NCBI GenBank assembly: GCA_963821605.1 | Contig: CAWGEZ010000033.1 | Coordinates: 9,645-73,644 of the forward strand | Direction: 5' to 3' | Length of the DNA: 64,000 bases | DNA from: an uncultured delta proteobacterium | Lineage (GTDB): Bacteria > Desulfobacterota > Syntrophorhabdia > Syntrophorhabdales > WCHB1-27 | Shown here: positions 47,924-58,859 of the stretch, in pieces | How positions within the stretch are numbered: position 1 is the first letter of the stretch | How the letters are laid out: each line of letters begins with the position of its first letter | Notes under the pieces: generated by a model | Seen by the model: the letters and a program-made list of their open reading frames with translations, nothing else | Database searches by the model: none | Told to the model about the DNA's origin: nothing | Program-made: the position numbers and the translations under genes

Positions 47924-49789
47924 ATGGATACGTTTGATGTAATCGTTGTAGGGGCAGGGTCATGCCGGCTGTGAAGCTGCGCTCGCCGCGGCCAGGCTTC
48001 GGGCCAGTACGCTCCTTCTCACCATGAACCTCGATCATGTTGCCTACATGTCATGCAATCCGGCCGTGGGAGGTCTGGGCAAAGGCCATCTCGTCAAAGA
48101 GATCGATGCGCTGGACGGGGAGATGGCCCGGAACATCGACGCCACCGGTATCCAGTTCAGAACGCTCAATATGACAAAGGGTCCGGCGGTCAGGGCGAGC
48201 AGAGCCCAGGCTGACAAGATCAGATACAGCCAGAGAATGAAGAAGGTGCTGGAGGGGACGGACGGCCTGCTTCTGCGTCAAGCCACGGTAGAGAAGATTC
48301 TCGTGGAAGAGGGCAGGGCGGTTGGTGTTGAGACGGGGTGGGGAGAAAGGTTTTACGGGAAAACAGTCGTGCTCACGACGGGCACCTTTCTGCGGGGCCT
48401 TATTCATGTCGGGCTCGAGCAGTTCGAGGCCGGAAGGATGGGCGATTTCGCGTCAGTGGGGCTCTCCGAGTGCCTGCGGAAGCTGGGCTTCGAACTGGGA
48501 AGGTTGAAGACGGGCACGTGCCCGCGGCTGAACGGCCGTACCATCGATTTCTCAAGAATGCAGGCCCAGGCCAGCGATGACCCACCCAAGCCCTTTTCAT
48601 TCTTGACAACCAGACTCACTCAGCAGCTGGTCCCCTGTTTCATGACCTACACAAACGAGACTACCCATGAGATCATACGGTCCGGGCTCGGCCGGTCCCC
48701 TCTGTACAGCGGCAAGATCAAGGGCACCGGTGTCAGGTATTGCCCATCGATAGAAGATAAGGTCGTGCGATTTGCGGAAAGGAAGCCGTCACCAGATCTT
48801 TCTTGAGCCCGAAGGGCTCGATACCGTGGAGTATTATCCTAATGGGCTTTCGACCAGCCTGCCGCTCGATGTGCAGCTTGCGATGCTCAGGAGCATCGAG
48901 GGCCTGGAGCGGGTGGAGATCACACGGCCGGGCTACGCTATCGAGTATGATTTTGTCTATCCGACGCAGCTTTTTCCCACGCTCGAAACGAAACAGGTGG
49001 GCTATCTCTTTTGCGCCGGGCAGATAAACGGAACGACCGGGTATGAGGAGGCGGCGGCCCAGGGCCTCATGGCCGGCATCAATGCGGCCTTGAAGGCGCA
49101 GCGGCAACGGCGAGTTCGTGCTGCGTCGCGACGAGGCGTACATCGGAGTAATGATCGACGATCTCGTCACCAAGGGCGTGGATGAGCCTTACCGTATGTT
49201 CACGTCCCGGGCAGAGTACAGGCTCCTGCTGCGAGAGGATAATGCTGACCTGAGGCTCACGGAGAAGGGTTACAGGATAGGCCTCGTATCGAGGGAACGG
49301 TACGAACACGTGGTTGAAAAGCGGGCAGCAATGGAGCGTCTCAGCCAAACGCTCAGGGAAAGGAGACTCTTTCCCACGGCGGCTACCAATGAACAGCTCA
49401 AAGAGCTGGGATTGGAAGGGATAAAGAACCCCACGACCCTGGAAGAACTGCTCAAGAGACCCGGCATTACCGTGGCTACATTACGTCGACTGGTTGAGGG
49501 GCTGGACGGTATACAGGATGTTGTTGCTTATCAGGTGGAGTTGGATGTAAAATACCGGGGCTACACCGACAGACAGATGGAGATGATCTCCAGAGTGAGC
49601 AAGCTGGAGGAGAGAAAGATACCGCCTGACATTTCGTATGGAGAGATTGCGGGTCTTTCCAGAGAGGTCATAGAGAAACTGTCAAAGATCAAACCCGTCT
49701 CCTTCGGCCAGGCGTCAAGGATTTCCGGGGTTACCCCTGCCGCGGTGAGTGCCCTTCTGATTCATTTCAAGAAGAGAGGGCTCCTCTGA
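47924..49789 (+). pseudogene. mnmG: tRNA uridine-5-carboxymethylaminomethyl modification enzyme MnmG (GidA), at least 3 frame changes
   Basis: MDTFDVIVVGAG at 47924, then ..LLLTMNLDHVAYMSCNPAVGGLGKGHLVKEIDALDG (ORF 48024-48806), ..[22 protein letters not shown] (48772-) and ..[31 protein letters not shown] (49118-49789). Confidence 0.85.
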
Positions 49790-49852
49790 GGGCGAAAGCT
49801 CATCGGAGGGCGCTCGAACAGCAAAAACAGGTGAAGAGAAAACCAGCTACAG

Positions 49853-49876
49853 CAGGTTAAGGTTGAGGTTAAGGTC
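49853..49876. repeat. 'aggttaagg' family repeat after mnmG
   Basis: caggttaaggttgaggttaaggtc is the reverse-complement relative of 12471-12493. Confidence 0.5.
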
Positions 49877-49937
49877 GGAGCAGGAAACGGACAGAAAACC
49901 CGAACCAGATGAGAAGAACGACGGAAATGATGGGACA

Positions 49938-50626
49938 ATGCGCATGCAGGGGAACGTGATAGAGACATCGACTGACGTCATGAGGCTGCTTGCCCATCAC
50001 GATGTTGATGCAGCCGGTGCTGCTGACTTATCGCGCTACGGAAAAGAGCTCCTGGGGTTTGATGAGCCTATCCTTGACCAGTACACGTGTGCGATCTGTT
50101 TCGGACTTGTTATCTCAAAGAATGTGCTTGAGACGATCAGCAATGGACCAACGCTCTTTTATCAGCATCATTACAGGCAGATCAATTACCGGCTCGATAT
50201 GATCGCCTATTTGCTTGCAAGGGAGATCGAAGCGGAAAGGTTTTAAGGCCTTGCCGTTTGCCGCATCCCAGATGGTTGACTGGCAGAACCAGAAGGCGCA
50301 TATTTCGCACAAGAGGATGGGAGAGATCGCAGGCATCGGATGGATAGGAAGGAATAATCTTCTCGTTCATCCCGGTGTTCGGCGCTCAGGTTCGCTACAA
50401 CACGGTCCTGACCGATATGCCGCTTGAGACAGGAGAGCCCCTGGAGACGGGCTGTGGGTCGTGTACTGCGTGCATGCAGGCCTGTCCGGCTGAAGCCATC
50501 AAGGCTGAGAGGGAGCTTTTCGATCACAAGGGATGTTTTGCCATGCTCAAGCGCTTCAAGAATGAGCGCGGTCTCGGCCATCACATCTGCGGCATCTGCG
50601 TGAAGGCCTGTAGGGGGAAACGATGA
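49938..50626 (+). pseudogene. QueG-like (epoxyqueuosine reductase-related) 4Fe-4S protein, at least 2 frame changes
   Basis: ..AHISHKRMGEIAGIGWIGRNNLLVHP.. (ORF 50215-), ..VRYNTVLTDMPLE..CGSCTACMQACPAEAI..CGICVKAC (ORF 50375-50626). The N-terminus is in ORF 49863-50246. Confidence 0.6.
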
Positions 50627-50629
50627 AGT

Positions 50630-50772
50630 ATATCAAGCTGCCTTCATTCATATAGCTTCGTTGCCTGCGTCCTTACAGGATGCTGCGTCGGCACGACTCC
50701 GACGTACTAATAGTACGCCTCCGTCGCTATCCTCCTGGTCGCCTCGCTCTATTTTTGAATGCAGCTTGATAT
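50630..50772. repeat. CCTTACAGGATGCT element family, full copy B (opposite orientation to A and C)
   Basis: 12-bp perfect outer inverted repeat atatcaagctgc (50630-50641) / gcagcttgatat (50761-50772). The core contains ccttacaggatgct and the cgtacta-a-tagtacg hairpin. It starts 4 nt after the QueG-like stop. Confidence 0.8.
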
Positions 50773-50806
50773 CATTAACCGTTGATATGAATATGGGGAA
50801 CTACTA

Positions 50807-51902
50807 ATGAAAGCGATGATTGCTTTGGAAGACGGGACCTTCTTCGAGGGTCAGAGCTTGGGCGCCGACGGCGAGAAAGAGGGCGAGATGCGTCTTCAAC
50901 ACGAGCATGACGGGCTATCAGGAGATCATGACCGATCCTTCGTACAAAGGACAGATCGTTACCATGACCTACCCGCTGATCGGTAATTACGGCGTTAACG
51001 AAGAGGATGTGGAGTCGAAGGGGCCGAAGGTCGAAGGCTTCATCGTCAGGGAGTTCAGCAAGATCACCAGCAACTGGCGGGCGAAAGAGAGCCTGATCGA
51101 CTATCTGAGACGGTATAACATCGTCGGTATCGAAGAGGTCGACACCAGGGCGTTGACCAAACACATACGCGAAAAAGGGGCCATGAAGGCCATCATCTCC
51201 ACGCGTGACCTCGACCCGAAGTCCCTGGTGCAGAAAGCAAAGGAGTCGGCAGGGATCGTCGGCATCGACCTGGTAAAAGAGGTGACGTGCGATGCGCCGT
51301 ACGAATTTGAGGCGCATGGTGATTTCACCTGTGTCGTTATGGACTTCGGCGTCAAGATCAATATTCTCAGGATGCTCCGGAAGACAGGCTGTCGCGTGGT
51401 TGTGGTGCCGGCCCGGACCAAGGCAAAAGAGATCCTGGCCATGAAGCCGGATGGGGTGCTTCTTTCCAACGGCCCTGGTGATCCGCAGGGCGTGCCCGAT
51501 GTTGTTGAAGAGATACGCAAGCTCTTCGGCAAGGCGCCGATCTTCGGCATCTGTCTCGGACAGCAACTGCTCGGCCTCGCATACGGCGGCGACACGTACA
51601 AGCTGAAGTTCGGCCACAGGGGCGCGAATCAGCCCATCAAAGAGTTGGCCACAGGGAAGGTTGCGATCGCATCGGAGAATCACGGTTTTGCCGTGAACCT
51701 TGATTCCATAAAGAAGGAGAAGGTTAAAGGCACGCACCTCAATCTCAATGACGACACGCTTGAAGGTATAGAGCATGAGATCTACCCCATTTTCTCCGTG
51801 CAGTTCCACCCGGAAGCGTCGCCGGGCCCGCATGACTCCTGGGGTCTGTTCGCGAAATTCAGGGAGATGATGGACGCATTCAAGAAGGAGCGCCATGCCT
51901 AA
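50807..51902 (+). CDS. carA: carbamoyl-phosphate synthase small (glutaminase) subunit (1 frame change near 50887)
   Basis: [27 protein letters not shown] at 50807, then [23 protein letters not shown].. in ORF 50820-51902, and the GATase motif [10 protein letters not shown]. Confidence 0.9.
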
Positions 51903-54900
51903 GCGGAAAGACCTGAAAAGCATCTTCCTCATCGGTTCCGGTCCCATCGTGATAGGTCAGGCCTGCGAGTTCGACTACTCGGGAAGCCAGGCCTGCAAGG
52001 CATTGCGGGAAGAGGGCTACCGCGTGATCCTCGTCAACAGCAATCCTGCAACCATCATGACCGACCCGGACATGGCAGACAGGACCTACGTGGAACCCCT
52101 GATTCCGGAAGTGCTCGAAGAGATCATCAAGGTTGAAAGGCCGGATGCGCTCCTGCCGACGCTCGGCGGACAGACCGGGCTCAATCTCGCGACTATCCTC
52201 GCGGAGCGAGGCATTCTCGAGAAGTACAACGTCGAGCTGATCGGCGCGGACTACAAGGCAATCAGGAAGGCTGAGGACAGGGAAGAGTTCAAGGCTGCCA
52301 TGGAACGCATCGGGCTGGAAGTGCCCAAGTCCGGCTTCGCCCGCACCATGGAGGAGGCGCGCAAGGTCGTTAAAGAGATCGGCTTCCCCATCATCATCAG
52401 GCCGAGCTACACGTTGGGCGGCACGGGCGGTTCCGTGGCTTACAACATAGAAGAGTTCGAAGTGCTTGCCCTGCGCGGCCTTGAGAGCAGCATGATCAGC
52501 GAGATCCTGATCGAAGAGTCGGTCATCGGCTGGAAAGAGTATGAGCTTGAGGTGATGCGCGACAAGAAAGATAACGTTGTCATCATCTGTTCCATAGAGA
52601 ACCTCGATCCGATGGGCGTTCATACGGGAGACAGCATCACGGTGGCGCCGGCACAGACCCTCACCGACAAAGAGTATCAGGTGATGAGGGATGCTGCCAT
52701 CAAGATCATCCGTGAGATCGGCGTGGAGACGGGCGGATCCAATATCCAGTTCGCCGTCGATCAGAACAACGGAAAGATGGTCGTGATCGAGATGAACCCG
52801 AGGGTGTCGCGAAGTTCCGCGCTGGCGTCAAAGGCGACCGGATTCCCCATAGCCAAGATCGCGGCCAAGCTTGCCGTTGGCTACACGCTTGATGAGATAC
52901 CGAATGATATAACGAAGAAGACGCCTGCATGTTTTGAACCGACGATAGATTACTGCGTGGTGAAGGTCCCCCGCTTCACCTTTGAGAAGTTCAAGGGCGC
53001 CGACGAGACGCTTACGATCTCGATGAAATCGGTGGGCGAGGCCATGGCCATAGGCAGGACTTTCAAAGAGGCCTTGCAGAAAGGACTTCGTTCCCTGGAA
53101 GTCGGCTGCTATGGGATCACCGACGGCAAGCAGTTCGGCCCGAACGACGTGGAACTGATAAAGCAGAAACTGACCATCCCCAACAAGGACAGGATCTTTT
53201 ACGTGCGCCACGCTTTCCGGAACGGCATACCTCTGGATGAGATCTACGAGCTTTCAAAGATAGACCCATGGTTTCTGAAGAACATAGAAGAGATCGTTGA
53301 ATTCGAACATGAGCTGGAACAGTACAAGAGCGATCTACCCATCTTCTCGCAGGCGAGGGACAGCTTCTCCGAAGAATTGATGAAGCGCGCCAAGCGGTAC
53401 GGATTCTCCGACAGGCAGATAGGCGAGATCATAGGCATGAATGAGCTGGAGGTCAGACAGTGGCGTCTGAAGCGGGGCATCTCCAGCGTATTCAAGCTGG
53501 TCGACACGTGCGCCGCCGAGTTTGAAGCCTATACCCCGTACTACTATTCCACCTACGAGATCGAGGATGAAACCAGGAAGAGCGACAAAGAGAAGGTGAT
53601 GATCCTCGGCGGCGGGCCCAACAGGATAGGGCAGGGGATCGAGTTCGATTACTGCTGCGTGCATGCGGCCTTCGCTCTCAAAGACCTGGGCTACGAGACG
53701 ATCATGGTCAACAGCAACCCGGAAACGGTCAGCACCGACTATGACACGTCTGACAAGCTCTACTTCGAGCCATTGACCCTGGAGAATGTGCTCGACATCG
53801 CGGAGCGGGAAAAGCCGATGGGCGTGATTGTCCAGTTCGGCGGACAAACGCCGTTGAATCTTGCCGTAGCCCTGAAGAAAGCCGGCGTGCCCATCATCGG
53901 CACCGCACCTGAGATGATAGACATCGCAGAGGACAGGGAAAAGTTCAAGGCCATTCTGAAAAAACTGAACCTGACCCAGCCGGAGAATGGGACGGCTACG
54001 TCGGTTGCCGAGGCAAAGGAGGTCGCGAACATCATCGGTTACCCGATAGTCGTGCGGCCATCCTATGTGCTTGGCGGGCGTGCCATGGAGATCGTCTACG
54101 CGGAGAGCGATCTGGAATCCTTCACCGAAAAGGCCCATGAGGCATCGCCTGACCATCCCATCCTGATCGATAAGTTCCTTGAGGATGCGATAGAGATCGA
54201 CGTGGATGCGGTGGCGGACGGAGAGCGGTGTGTGGTGGCCGGCATCATGGAACATATTGAAGAAGCCGGTATCCACTCCGGCGACAGCGCCTGTGCCCTG
54301 CCGCCTTACTCCTTGAACGACGACATCATAGAGAAGATTAATAGGGAGACGTGCAAGCTTGCTGCGTGAGCTTCACGTTGTCGGGTTGATGAATATCCAG
54401 TATGCTGTGAAGAATGATATCGTCTATGTGCTGGAAGTGAATCCCAGGGCGTCGAGGACTGTGCCCTTTGTGAGCAAGGCCACGGGCGTCCAGTGGGCCA
54501 AGGTGGCGGCAAAGCTGATGGTGGGCAAGACGTTGAAGGAACTGGGCATAGAGCGGGAGATAGCGATCGATCACATCGCGGTCAAAGAAGCGGTCTTTCC
54601 CTTTAACCGGTTCTACGGCGTGGACACGATCCTTGGACCGGAGATGAAATCGACAGGCGAAGTCATGGGCATCGATACCAATTTCGGGGCGGCTTTCTGG
54701 AAGGCGCAGCTCGGGGCCAATCAGAACCTGCCCTTTAAAGGCAGCGTTTTTATCAGCGTAAAGAACCAGGACAAGCGCCACGTTGTCTTTATTGCCAAAA
54801 AGCTTTCCGACCTCGGGTTCAAGGTTTTTGCGACGCGCGGCACGTCAAAGATACTTATCAATAGCGGCATCGACACGCAGTTTGTCTATAAGGTTTCTGA

Positions 54901-55132
54901 AGGACGGCCGAACGTGGTCGATATGATCAAGAACGGAGAGATTCAATTCATCATCAATACCCCCAGCGGAAGAAATCCGAAGATGGATGAGGTGCTGATC
55001 AGGTCGGGGGCGGTGCAGTATAAGATCCCGTATACGACAACACTTTCCGGCGCCGAAGCCGTGGTCAATGCCATAGAGACGATGACGAAAGGTGGGTTAA
55101 GGGTGAAACCGCTCCAGGATTATTATAGGTAA
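51895..55132 (+). CDS. carB: carbamoyl-phosphate synthase large subunit (1 frame change near 54361-54366)
   Basis: ORF 51895-54369 (two ATP-grasp halves, [18 protein letters not shown].., [18 protein letters not shown]..) continues as [31 protein letters not shown].. in ORF 54359-55132. Total length is about 1079 codons. Confidence 0.92.
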
Positions 55133-55152
55133 CCTGGAGCGGTTTCACCCTT
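55099..55152 (+). terminator. 20-bp perfect hairpin spanning the carB stop codon
   Basis: aagggtgaaaccgctccagg (55099-55118) / cctggagcggtttcaccctt (55133-55152). The 14-nt loop contains the TAA stop. No T-run follows, so terminator function is uncertain. Confidence 0.45.
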
Positions 55153-55299
55153 CCTTCGCGGGGGGCGGCTTCGTCAAAGGCTCATCTCCTTCGTTGCCTG
55201 CGCCCCGTGTCATTCCTACGTACCACAAGGTACGCCTCCGTTCCTCCCGGCTTGAGCGCCTCCGGGTACCCGTGAAGCTCTCTCACGGGTGGTGAAACC
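55133..55299. repeat. degenerate member (copy G) of the CCTTACAGGATGCT element family
   Basis: Shares cttcgttgcctgcg and cgtacc-acaa-ggtacgcctccgt with copy B, carries the acccgtga/tcacgggt hairpin (55268-55290), and has inverted flanks ggtttcacc (55141-55149) / ggtgaaacc (55291-55299). Confidence 0.55.
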
Positions 55300-55581
55300 T
55301 TTTACTCGCCGCCCAAGCAAGCCCACACTGTCTGCGAGAGCAATATTTGGCGAGCTTAGTGCTCTGAACCGTCTCACTGTTTGGTGAGCCACAGGCCAAA
55401 TTTACTATAACCTTGCAAATTGTCCATACTATCCCGTAGCCAGTCAAAGGCGGACCATGAGGACGCTGCTGACTAGCGTGACGTGGTCTTCTTGACCATC
55501 GTTATTTAGGAATGAGCGGGTGAGCGGAAGGCCCATCGATCAGGCCTTGACATCCAGTCCGACAGATATAACACTTCAAAT

Positions 55582-56037
55582 ATGAGCATGGTTCTCCGAT
55601 GTTTGTTATTCCTTGTTCTCACGGTGGCCGTACCGCTGCCATCACTCCTGGCGGCAACGTGTGAGCCCACGCGGCCGGACGCGCTCGGTCCGTTTTACGA
55701 ACCGAATGCGCCGGAGAGGTCAAAAGTGGGCGAAGGATACGTCTTAAGTGGTGTTGTACGATCGTCGCAGTGTTCGCCAATTGCCGGCGCACGCATTGAG
55801 TTCTGGCTGGCCGGGCCGGATGGACGGTATGATGACGAGCACCGCGCCACACTCATCTCGGATAGCTCGGGTGCTTACACGTTCCAGAGTAACTCCCCTC
55901 CGGCGTATAGCAATCGTCCCCCGCACATTCACGTCCGTGTTTCCGCGACAGGCTACGATCTGCTCGTAACCCAGCATTACCCTGCTAAAGGCAGCGCGCA
56001 CGGCACCATGGAACTGGTCTTACTTCCAGCCAAATAG
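55582..56037 (+). CDS. secreted intradiol-dioxygenase-like (protocatechuate dioxygenase fold) protein
   Basis: Signal MSMVLRCLLFLVLTVAVPLPSLLAA; PTRPDALGPFYEP.., ARIEFWLAGPDGRYDD.., RPPHIHVRV. Confidence 0.6.
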   Translation: MSMVLRCLLFLVLTVAVPLPSLLAATCEPTRPDALGPFYEPNAPERSKVGEGYVLSGVVRSSQCSPIAGARIEFWLAGPDGRYDDEHRATLISDSSGAYTFQSNSPPAYSNRPPHIHVRVSATGYDLLVTQHYPAKGSAHGTMELVLLPAK

Positions 56038-56203
56038 TTGAACTCAGCACGGTCTGCCACCTCGTGCATCCCTCTGCAAAATCCCTGCCTTGCTATTTAC
56101 TTACAGTCCGCAATTAACGAAAAGAATAGGTGAGAAAAATATTCCTGCGGTCCTACCGACGAAGCTGACGGGGCGAAAGAGTTACTTATCAAGCTCGAGA
56201 GGT

Positions 56204-57376
56204 TCATCCCATCCCGTGCAGCGTCTGCTCGAGCCTTTCCGTCTCAGACATGATCACCCGGACATAGGTTCCTTCACGCGATGCAGGGTCGATTGTCTTT
56301 GCGAGTCTTCTTGCGAATCTCCCTACATAGGTCAGGCGGTTGCGAATTTGATGCGCAGCACCTTCCAGCGAGCCTCCACCCGCATCGGTGGTCTGGGTCG
56401 GGCGGGGTAGTGGCGCATGTGGCGAGGAAGGGCTCTCGGTGGACGCACACTCCAGCACCCTGCCCGCGAGCCTGGTAAGCGCCTTATTGGCCTTTTCCAT
56501 CACCTCAAGCACATCCTGAGTGCTGTCGACATCCACGTCGAAGGGTTCCGCAATCTCGTAGACCTGCTCAAGGACCGCCCCGACCGCTTCAATGGCGATA
56601 CTTTTGTTTAAGCCGAAGAAGGCCTCGACATTGAAGAACAGTTCATCAAGGTCGGTTCGCGGCTCACAGATAAAGGCTGACAGTTCTCCAGCTATTGCGC
56701 AGATCCGTGCCAGTTCGGACAATCCAGCCAGGTTTTCCTTGAACGCAAACGACTGCTGGCAGGCCACGATCTGCTCTGGAAACCTCCAGGACCTGAGGAG
56801 GGCCTCTCCAATCTGCCGGTGGTGTATGCCGTACAACTCCTTTTCTTTGGCCAATAAGGATGGCAGCGGATAATCGAGGTAGAGTGTTGCATCATCGGCG
56901 CACGCACGGACCAGAACGAGAAGTCCGATCTCCAGCGTGAGCCCGGCCGTGAAGGCTTCTTCAGGGTCACTGACTTTCATCGTCTGCGCAAGCCACCGCG
57001 AAAGAAGACCCTGATAAAGGCAGAGGCGCCAGAACCGTCCATAGTCGAGGGGGCCTCCCCGCTTTAAGGGAAAGGCGTCCTTAAGAGAGACAGAGAGCGC
57101 AAAGAGCCGGGTCTGGTTTACGCCGATCCTGGCGATTGCCTGAAGCGCGGTGCCGGCCGGATAGCGAGATTGGAAAAACGCGCTGTTTGCGAGTTTTAGA
57201 ATCCTCGCAGTCAGTGAAGGGTCCTTCGTTATCAGATCGGCCATCTGGCCGAGAGAACTCTCATCATCCGCCGCAAGTTCGATGAGCGCCGTGACAACCG
57301 GGGAGAGCGAAGGGAGGATATGCTTCTCATCGAGTTTTTCGAGAAATGCGCTGCCATCAAGGTCTACTTTTGCCAT
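56204..57376 (-). CDS. HDOD domain signalling protein with a C-terminal HisKA-like H-box and no ATPase domain
   Basis: Start MAKVDLDG at 57376 (AGGAGGAGAG ribosome-binding site). HDOD region LPSLSPVVTALIELAADDESS..LITKDPSLTARILKLANSAFF. The C-terminus reads AAHQIRNRLTYVGRFARRL..SETERLEQTL and then stops. Confidence 0.7.
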   Translation of the reverse strand: MAKVDLDGSAFLEKLDEKHILPSLSPVVTALIELAADDESSLGQMADLITKDPSLTARILKLANSAFFQSRYPAGTALQAIARIGVNQTRLFALSVSLKDAFPLKRGGPLDYGRFWRLCLYQGLLSRWLAQTMKVSDPEEAFTAGLTLEIGLLVLVRACADDATLYLDYPLPSLLAKEKELYGIHHRQIGEALLRSWRFPEQIVACQQSFAFKENLAGLSELARICAIAGELSAFICEPRTDLDELFFNVEAFFGLNKSIAIEAVGAVLEQVYEIAEPFDVDVDSTQDVLEVMEKANKALTRLAGRVLECASTESPSSPHAPLPRPTQTTDAGGGSLEGAAHQIRNRLTYVGRFARRLAKTIDPASREGTYVRVIMSETERLEQTLHGMG

Positions 57377-57551
57377 GCTCTCTCCTCCTAAAATATAATT
57401 ATCGGACAAATCGGCTCTATTCTAAAATGTGATCTTCCTTCTTTGGCCCAGACGCCACTCAAGGACGGATGCAACGGCGATACCTTCCGATCGCGATGTT
57501 GGGCGGCCTCGGTGACCGAGATCCAAACCGGAATCGGCAAAGTCTCCAGTT

Positions 57552-57607
57552 TGGAAATTTGATATTTAGATTTGTTTAGGATTTAGATATTCGATATTCG
57601 GATTTGA
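57552..57607. repeat. AT-rich 'gatttgtttaggattt' repeat, second copy
   Basis: ggaaatttgatatttagatttgtttaggatttagatattcgatattcggatttgagg. Confidence 0.55.
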
Positions 57608-57672
57608 GGCACGGGCGATACCCACGATGCGAGTACCCGGAGGTATACACCTGAGGGGGTAACGTGACTTAT

Positions 57673-58795
57673 TCAGTTAGCTATGCAGGTATTGTAGCTC
57701 TGGACGGACTGGTTATAATCTGAGATCAGACGGAGGGCTGCCTGCCTCCTGGCGCTGATCTCGTTGATGAGTTCGTTGTATTTCGCAACTTTTTGGTTAA
57801 GTTCTCTTGCGTTGATGCCGGAGGCTCCGCTTGATCTATCGGCGGAGATCTCTTTATGAAGGGAAGAAGCCTGCCCGGTGAGATCATCCAAGTCTGTCTT
57901 CGCTTTCGTGATATTGCCCAATAACGATTCATCAGGCGGTTGACACTCTCTTCGTCGGTGATCACTTGAATTCGCCGACGCGTAGGTCACAGTCGGCCGG
58001 GCCCCGGAATCGGCCGCAACAGAGGGTGACTGCTGGCCGAATATCTGGACGGCAATCCAAACGTCCTCGCCCTTCATCCGGCCTCTTTTTGCAGCCACAC
58101 CTATCTCGGAACATCCGTCAGACAGGATGTTCTGTCGGTGACCGGGACTTTGCATCCATGCCAATACGATCTTTTCATCAGTCTGAAAGGAGCCCAGGGC
58201 TATGTTCTCGCCCAGGTGCTTGTAATGGTAGCCTGCCCGCTGCGCTACGTCGGTAGCCCCCTCGCCGGATGGTGAATAGATGCGCGAAATACTGCTTCTG
58301 AATCATGTCGGCAGCGCGTTCAGAGGCTATAGCATCGAGGAGACTGTTCTCGGAGAGTGGCGGAAGCCCTCCATTTTCCGCCCGGGCTCTGTTTGTGCAT
58401 TGGATGATTCCTGCTACGGAAAGACGCGACCCCTGGGCCGGAGATACCATTGCCCGCTCAGGCAATGGCAGGACATAATGCCTCGGCACAGCATCCCGTC
58501 CCGGAAAAAAGTAGATAGTTGTGAGAAAAAGGATGAGTGCGGCGAGCCCGATTAGCGGCAGTCTCCTTGAAGGGGATCCCGTATAGGATGGGGTGGGCTC
58601 CAGGAATTGCTTCAGGAGCAGAAAGTTAGAAGCGGCATACCAGCGCGTGTCAAGGCCGAATCGGACAAGTGTGTCGCTCCGGATAGTGCCTTTCCGAATG
58701 AGAACTCCCAGCTCCTCCAGCGAAAGCGGTCCTCTCACCAGGGGAGACGGGCGGATTCCTCCAACTGATAATACCATCTGTTGGTTGTCCGCCAT
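57673..58795 (-). pseudogene. membrane-anchored CAP/SCP (YkwD-like) domain protein with an N-terminal GYF_2-like domain, at least 2 frame changes
   Basis: MADNQQMVLSVGG..LSLEELGVLIRKGTIRSDTLV..W (58795-), TM helix LIGLAALILFLTTIYFF, CAP parts IIQCTNRARAENGGLPPL..ERAADMIQKQYFAH and, in ORF 57673-58164, AWMQSPGHRQNIL..IGVA. Confidence 0.6.
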
Positions 58796-58859
58796 GGATG
58801 GTTGGCGTGCGTGCGCAAACGCACCCCTATGGGAGTTATCGGACAGCTGGTGTGTGACT

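Noticed and set aside
50775-54276. Long reverse ORFs (50775-51947, 390 aa; 51880-52623; 53335-54276, 313 aa) opposite carA/carB
   Set aside because: The plus strand carries unmistakable carbamoyl-phosphate synthase sequence. The reverse translations lack any family signature.
54355-54375. Alternative genetic code or stop-codon readthrough as an explanation for the split genes
   Set aside because: At every junction I examined the downstream homology continues in a different frame, not after an in-frame stop. The breaks are therefore indels, not reassigned codons.
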